From Polyangiaceae bacterium (GTDB taxonomy: Bacteria; Myxococcota_A; Polyangia; Polyangiales; Polyangiaceae), in assembly GCA_033763455.1 (NCBI GenBank), contig JANRKO010000006.1, forward strand, positions 416,001 through 480,000: a stretch of DNA of 64,000 nt. The letters run 5' to 3'. Below the pieces are notes generated by a model, which was not told the DNA's origin, did not search any database, and saw only the letters and a list, made by a program, of their open reading frames with translations. The translations under genes were made by a program, and so were the position numbers. Of this stretch, positions 58,824 through 64,000 are shown piece after piece (the first letter of the stretch is position 1; each line of letters begins with the position of its first letter).

Positions 58824-61800
58824 GTGGGCTCTTTCAAAGATCGGACCGAAGCCGCACGGGCAGGGGCTCTCGACACCGAGCCTCCTCGGAAACGTGATGA
58901 ACAAGCACGCGTAACGTTACGCTTCGAGCACGGGCCGACGGCGCCGCGAGTGAGTCCAGATGTAGCTCTGGCGCCAAGGGGTGAGGCCAGGGCAACACTG
59001 CCCGTTGGAAGCCCTGCAGGCGTGAGCACCAAACGCTCACCCGAACCTTCCGCGACGCTGCCTGTCCCTGAAACGTTTCTGGAGCTCGGAATTTCGGCGC
59101 CGGTCGAGATACAGATCTTGGAGCAAGGGGCGTCGTCGCCGGACTCGCTGACTCCGGAACATCCTCAGCGTTACGTGTCGTCGTTTGAGGTGGGTAGAGG
59201 CGGGATCGGAAGAGTCTTTATCGCGAGCGATCGTCACCTGAATCGGAGCGTGGCGGTAAAAGAGTTGCTTTTGGCCAGGAATGCCGTCGGCAACTGGCGG
59301 CGCCAAACCGAGCTTCGTTTCATCCGGGAAGCGAGGATCACTGGCCAACTGGAGCATCCAAACATCATCGGCGTCCACGAACTGGGCAAGCGCGCCGATG
59401 GCTCGCTCTACTATACGATGCCCGTTATCCAGGGGCGCACTTTGGCCAAAGCCATCGAGGAATGCACGACGTTGGTTGAGCGCCTAGCGCTCATGCAACA
59501 CTTCCGTGGTGCGTGCCAAGCAGTGGCCTATGCCCACAGCCGCGGGGTGATTCATCGCGATATTAAGCCGGAAAACGTCATGATCGGGCAATTCGGTGAA
59601 ACCATAGTGCTCGATTGGGGGTTAGCAAAAGTCACGCAGCCAGAGCCTGCGGCCTCTTCAGCCGGCGAGGAAGATCGGATGAGCTTGAGCGGAAGAGCTA
59701 TCTCCCTCTCTCCGCCAGAGCGTGAATTAGATCCAGTGAAGGGAGAAGGGAACGCACTCACGCTCGCGGGAACGGTATTCGGAACACCCTCATATATGAG
59801 CCCGGAACAAGCTTTGGGGCAAATAGATGAGTTGGACGAACGTACCGACGTTTGGTCGCTCGGTGCGGTCTTGTTCACGATGCTATCCGGCTATCCGCCA
59901 TTCGATGGTTCCGATCCGCAGCAGATCCTGCGGCGCGTCTTGACGGCTCCCGTGCCCGACCTAGAGGTGCTTGAACCCGAGGTTCCACCCGAATTGGTGG
60001 CAATCGTACGCAAGGCACTATGTCGTGATCTGGCTGTGCGCTATGCGACCGCTTCAGAACTGTTGGCTGAGGTTGAAGCGTACCTTTCGGGCGCGCGCGT
60101 GCGCGCTTACAGGTACTCATGGTGGGAGAGCGCCTCTCGGTGGATAAGCAGGAACCGTGCGGCATTCGCCGTCGCCATCGCGGGCACCGTTTCGCTCTTA
60201 ACGTTCGCCGTGGTGTATCAAGTAAAGCTACTAAAGGCCCGAGATGAGGCCCTTTTGGCGGAGAAGACGGCACAAAGTAGCGCACATTCCGCGGCCGAGA
60301 GTGCCAGAAAGGCTCAACTTAGCCTGGCCTCACTGCTAGTTGAGAAAGCAAGCAATCAGGTTCGTGCCGGCGATGCCGCCACGGCGCGAGATCTCGCTCG
60401 GCAGGCACTCGCTATCGAGGAGAGCCCGTTGGCTCGGGGCATCTACGTGAGCACCTCGAATGTACCATTGGCGGTACTTGAAGTGTCTGGCCACTTTTCG
60501 GAAACCTGTTCGGTGGTGAGCATCGATCGCACAGGGGAAAGTGTCGCCTGTTTGTCGGGAGCGCGGGTTGCGCTGTGGAGCGCTCCTACGGGGCGGCTCA
60601 GGTGGCAAGCAGCGCTCGCAGTGAATGAGCCCGTCTCGGTGTATGCGCTGGACCGAGGCCGTGTGCTCGTGGTCGCTCGCGGCGGCGAGCTTGAAGTGTT
60701 GGATGGTGAGAAGGTTCAGCACTTGGCACCTATCCCGCGGACTTTCGGTTCGCCTTTGCGAACGGCGCTATCACCGGACGCGGCGGCGCTTGCGATTGTC
60801 ACCAGTCAGCAGAAGCTCTTGCTGCTCGACCTTACGCGTGGAACGCTGGATAAAAAGCCAGATCCACAGGAAGAGGTGTCAACGCTTTCGTTTTCAAGAG
60901 ATGGAAGCACGTTGGCCCTTGGCGGCAAACGCGGAGGCCTGGTTCTTTTGCCGCTTGGCACCGGAGAGAGCCGGCACTTCACCCCGCATTCTGGCAGCGT
61001 TGTGGCTCTTTCGTTTTCGCCCGACGGACGTTTCCTCGCCACGGGCAGCAGCGACCGTACCGCCAGGGTTTGGAACCTGAAGAGTCTTGAGGAGGTGTCC
61101 AAAAGCTTCATCGGTGATGGTGCCATCAACGCCGTGGATTGGTCCGCTGACAGCCGCACGCTGGTGTTTGGCGGGGAAGACCGCGGGGTGCGCGTCGTGG
61201 ATCTGCGAGAATCGGCGTTCGGTCTAACGTTGCCGTTGGCCGAAGGTGCCGTTCGGGCGGTGCAAGCCCTTGAGGATGGAGCGCGCGTCGTCAGCGTCAC
61301 CGAGCGGATGTTTCGGGTTTGGCGGAGGCGTGCACCCAAGTTCCCAACACGCCTTGTTCAGAGTTCCAATATCTTGAGCCTCAGCTTCGACCGGACAGGG
61401 GACGTATTGGCGGCAGGCTTGCGGGAAACGGGTATCTGTGCGTTCGACTTGCAACAGAGTCGCTGCTCCACACGTTTGCCCGTGGAGTTGTCCGAAGTGC
61501 GCACGCTGTCGTTCGAACCCAAGCGGCGTTGGCTGGCTGCGGGAGGGACTGGTGGGGACACTATGTTGTGGGATCTCAATACGAAGCTCCCCATCAGAGT
61601 CCTTCCAGGGAACGCTGGCGGCACGCGCGGCAGCGCCTTTTCTGCCGATGGGCGGTATCTGGCAACGGTCGGGAAAAGTGGCGCTCTTTCGGTATTTGAA
61701 CCAGCCAGCGGTGCAGTGGCGTTTGCAGCTGAAGTGCCAAGCGGCCTGTCGTCAGTTGTTTGGAGTAGTGCGCAACACGGATTCGTAGTCGGGCGTCTGG

Positions 61801-62228
61801 ATGGAAAGCTACAGGTTATTGATCCTGTCGCCAAGCGACTTAAAGAAGCATTCCCGGCGCATTCCGACTGGATCTTGGCGGTCGATGTAGCTCTGGATGG
61901 TTCGCGAATCCTGAGTGCCGGGGCAGATGGTCGTGTGCGCCTGTGGGACGCACGGACGTTGGAGTCCCTTCAGGTCCTGAGCCCTCATCCTGGACGCGTA
62001 TTTGCCGCGGCATTCTCGGCGGATGGGCGCTTGGTTGCGTCAGCTGGAGAGGGGAACACAGTGTTCGTCTGGGCTGCCAACAAAGGCGAGCTTTTGGCTA
62101 TACTGGCGGATCATCAGGGGCCGGTGCGCGCCGTGCGATTTGCCGCCGGAAAGCCCATTCTGGCGTCCGCGAGCGATGACGGAACCGTGCGGCTCTGGGA
62201 TTTGTCGAGTATTCCTGACCGGCGGTGA
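58824..62228 (+). CDS. Ser/Thr protein kinase with TM segment and WD40 repeats
   Basis: GRGGIGRV, VAVK, HRDIKPEN, DWGLAK, GTPSYMSPEQ, DVWSLG; hydrophobic segment; many H...V....FS.DG..LA.GS.D...R.WD repeats. Start uncertain. Confidence 0.95.
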   Translation: MGSFKDRTEAARAGALDTEPPRKRDEQARVTLRFEHGPTAPRVSPDVALAPRGEARATLPVGSPAGVSTKRSPEPSATLPVPETFLELGISAPVEIQILEQGASSPDSLTPEHPQRYVSSFEVGRGGIGRVFIASDRHLNRSVAVKELLLARNAVGNWRRQTELRFIREARITGQLEHPNIIGVHELGKRADGSLYYTMPVIQGRTLAKAIEECTTLVERLALMQHFRGACQAVAYAHSRGVIHRDIKPENVMIGQFGETIVLDWGLAKVTQPEPAASSAGEEDRMSLSGRAISLSPPERELDPVKGEGNALTLAGTVFGTPSYMSPEQALGQIDELDERTDVWSLGAVLFTMLSGYPPFDGSDPQQILRRVLTAPVPDLEVLEPEVPPELVAIVRKALCRDLAVRYATASELLAEVEAYLSGARVRAYRYSWWESASRWISRNRAAFAVAIAGTVSLLTFAVVYQVKLLKARDEALLAEKTAQSSAHSAAESARKAQLSLASLLVEKASNQVRAGDAATARDLARQALAIEESPLARGIYVSTSNVPLAVLEVSGHFSETCSVVSIDRTGESVACLSGARVALWSAPTGRLRWQAALAVNEPVSVYALDRGRVLVVARGGELEVLDGEKVQHLAPIPRTFGSPLRTALSPDAAALAIVTSQQKLLLLDLTRGTLDKKPDPQEEVSTLSFSRDGSTLALGGKRGGLVLLPLGTGESRHFTPHSGSVVALSFSPDGRFLATGSSDRTARVWNLKSLEEVSKSFIGDGAINAVDWSADSRTLVFGGEDRGVRVVDLRESAFGLTLPLAEGAVRAVQALEDGARVVSVTERMFRVWRRRAPKFPTRLVQSSNILSLSFDRTGDVLAAGLRETGICAFDLQQSRCSTRLPVELSEVRTLSFEPKRRWLAAGGTGGDTMLWDLNTKLPIRVLPGNAGGTRGSAFSADGRYLATVGKSGALSVFEPASGAVAFAAEVPSGLSSVVWSSAQHGFVVGRLDGKLQVIDPVAKRLKEAFPAHSDWILAVDVALDGSRILSAGADGRVRLWDARTLESLQVLSPHPGRVFAAAFSADGRLVASAGEGNTVFVWAANKGELLAILADHQGPVRAVRFAAGKPILASASDDGTVRLWDLSSIPDRR

Positions 62229-62336
62229 TCCGGTGGCATAGATGTTGACCTGGATTTTAACAGGCGGCCGGAGATCGATCCGGCTCCGTGCCCACGCAAG
62301 GGCACGCCACTTTGAGAAGTCTGGGGCGGGCGCGGC

Positions 62337-62421
62337 GCTCGATTTTCTGAGGCGAGGCGCCCGCGAGGGCTCAGCTGTTTGAAGAATTGGCAAGGCTTCG
62401 CCTCGCCTCAGAAAAACGAGC
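62337..62421. repeat. Long inverted repeat (23-bp arms, 1 mismatch, 39-nt spacer)
   Basis: GCTCGATTTTCTGAGGCGAGGCG (62337-62359) / CGCCTCGCCTCAGAAAAACGAGC (62399-62421). Confidence 0.9.
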
Positions 62422-62484
62422 CAGTTTGAAGAGCGACAGGGAAAACGGCGTGGGCCGGGCCGTCCGGCGGTGCAGACGACGAGC

Positions 62485-62725
62485 GCTGTGGGCCGTTGGC
62501 GCGCTCAGTGTTCGCCAGCCACTTGATGACTGTGGAGTGATAACACGCGCTATCCGCGCGAAAGAAGAGCTCTGTGATAGTCGGCGGAAGTGAGCGAAAG
62601 GCTTGCGCAATGGGCGGCAGATTGCGCATCTCTGCGGGGACATTCCCACCGCGGTACTCATCACCAACCACCAAGTCTTGTTCTGCCCAGTACTTTGGTC
62701 GCGGTCTACCTGTAATCCTCTTAGG
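62485..62725 (-). mobile_element. IS1380-family-like transposase remnant with possible element end
   Basis: YWAEQDLVVGDEYRGGNVPA...AF.SLP......FRADSACY....KWL resembles the IS1380 DDE core. TTAA|CCTAAGAGGATTACAG lies about 30 nt upstream. Confidence 0.7.
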
Positions 62726-62767
62726 TTAACTACAACATATCCACCATCCCCGTAAATCCCCAATAGG

Positions 62768-62844
62768 GCTCGTTTTTGGGATCGGGCATTTGCGACGTAG
62801 GCGCCGCCCCTTCCGCCCTAGTTATGCCAATCCCAAAAACGAGC
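62768..62844. repeat. Long inverted repeat (15-bp perfect arms, extendable by GGCAT/ATGCC)
   Basis: GCTCGTTTTTGGGAT (62768-62782) / ATCCCAAAAACGAGC (62830-62844). Confidence 0.9.
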
Positions 62845-63024
62845 AGCCGCGCGGCCCGAGGCCTTTCTGGCTGCCAGCCATAGCTGCGGTGCGGAGCTGC
62901 CAGGCACCCAGCCCCGCCCGCGTCTCCCGCCAGGGAGACGTTTGGCGAGGGGCAAGCTGCCGCGACGAGCGGCAGCTGGGGAGGGCATCCAACCAATTCG
63001 GTGACGCCCACTGGATCAGGGCCC

Positions 63025-63999
63025 TCAGGGCTCCATCGCCACGCCGAGATCGAAGCGCGTCTTCAAGTAGAGGTCGCTCACCGAGAACATCATGAGCTCC
63101 CGGAAGCGGTCGCTAGCTGAAACGCTGCTTACCGATTCGTCTGAAGCGCGAATGATCTCAGTGGCGGAGTGCAGCTCGTCGGAAAGCAGGAACCCAATCC
63201 GATCCGCGGTAAGATCCACACCAGCGACCCAATTCTTGAGGTCGAGAGAGCCGCCCGATTGCAGCAGCTTATTCACGACGCGCGTCAGCTGGTCGCGCGC
63301 TGGCCCACGAAGGCCCGCTTCAAGCGCGGCCTGGGCCTCGTTCACGGCTCCTTCAAGATCAGGGGCAATGGGAAACTTTGGCGCGATCAAGCGGATAGCG
63401 GCAAACAACCAAGCCTTCAACCCAGTGCCCGTGGGCACGAGTTGGCGTACGTACAAGCCAGGCCGGAAAAACGTGAGGTGCCGAGCGGCGATGAAAGCTG
63501 CTGGCTGCGAGGGAAGCTCGGCCGCGAGCGCTGCTGAGCCCAACACGATGGAAGGCTGAAGTGCGTGCAAGAAGAGCATGCCACCGGGTTCGTTCGGGTT
63601 TTCAAAGGTTGGCGGGGGCGCCATGCCGAGCACACTGGCCGCGTACATGAGGTTTTGGCTGAGGCTGGCGGGATGGCTTGCGAGATCCACTGCGTGGCTC
63701 GCATCGTACCCTAGTTGGCTGAAGTGGCTCCCGCGCCGCGCTACAATGGCCGGCTCAATGAGGGCAAAGACGCTTGTGAGCAATGGGTCGGCCTTTGGAT
63801 GCATCAAGTCGAACCAATCGGTGTCACCGAGGGCGCGTTGCGCCGCGATCGCGCTTTCGCTCTTCATACGATGGTAGAAGCGCTCTTCGTCCGCGTCCGC
63901 GAAATTCAGAACCGTGAGCGCTTGGCACAAGCACCACGTGGCGTCGGGGTGTTTGGCCCGCGTGTAGAGTCGGCAAAGCGCTTTGTAGGATTCTTGGCG
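63025..63999 (-). CDS. C-terminal part of a myxobacterial TPR protein (5' end outside window)
   Basis: Frame is open to the window edge (RQESYKALCRLY...DATWCLCQAL). L.HP, DL..W...VDLTADR.GFL, EL..FSVS..Y...R..LG are recalled as a C-terminal domain of such proteins. Confidence 0.75.
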   Translation of the reverse strand, partial: RQESYKALCRLYTRAKHPDATWCLCQALTVLNFADADEERFYHRMKSESAIAAQRALGDTDWFDLMHPKADPLLTSVFALIEPAIVARRGSHFSQLGYDASHAVDLASHPASLSQNLMYAASVLGMAPPPTFENPNEPGGMLFLHALQPSIVLGSAALAAELPSQPAAFIAARHLTFFRPGLYVRQLVPTGTGLKAWLFAAIRLIAPKFPIAPDLEGAVNEAQAALEAGLRGPARDQLTRVVNKLLQSGGSLDLKNWVAGVDLTADRIGFLLSDELHSATEIIRASDESVSSVSASDRFRELMMFSVSDLYLKTRFDLGVAMEP

Positions 64000-64000
64000 C

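Noticed and set aside
62230..63024. Integron attC sites, retron ncRNA or CRISPR repeats as explanation of the hairpins
   Set aside because: No RYYYAAC/GTTRRRY ends, no reverse transcriptase, integrase or cas gene in the window, and no repeat-spacer periodicity

Overview
A roughly 60% GC bacterial chromosomal segment whose gene content points to Myxococcota, probably Polyangiales. That placement is an inference from the giant TPR proteins, DUF1552/DUF1588 genes, PA14/fibro-slime lipoproteins, kinase-WD40 protein and GspN-containing T2SS. In order: a 5'-truncated giant TPR gene, class IV aminotransferase, RidA, an unpaired DUF1552 gene, then a six-gene minus-strand module (TonB-dependent receptor, lipoprotein, TonB, beta-repeat outer-membrane protein, ECF sigma factor, TPR anti-sigma). 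Next come recR-dnaX with no ybaB and an accessory block (23-38 kb) of lipoproteins, two AraC regulators, a GH4 alpha-galactosidase, a PhyH-type dioxygenase and three deletion-scarred pseudogenes. Then a histidine kinase, bioA, ferredoxin, isochorismatase and an NtrC-type activator precede a sigma-54-type promoter and a gspC-N type II secretion operon. The window ends with a Ser/Thr kinase-WD40 gene, an IS1380-like remnant between two related long hairpins, and the 3' end of another TPR gene. The best candidate for an undescribed system is the ECF module: the same 35-bp motif (TTTGAAC-N13-GCGGGAAC-N3-GGGC) lies in front of both the sigma gene and the receptor operon, yet the canonical FecA/FecR signalling parts are not visible. 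No rRNA, tRNA or CRISPR array was seen. All family calls are from motif recognition by eye, not database searches.
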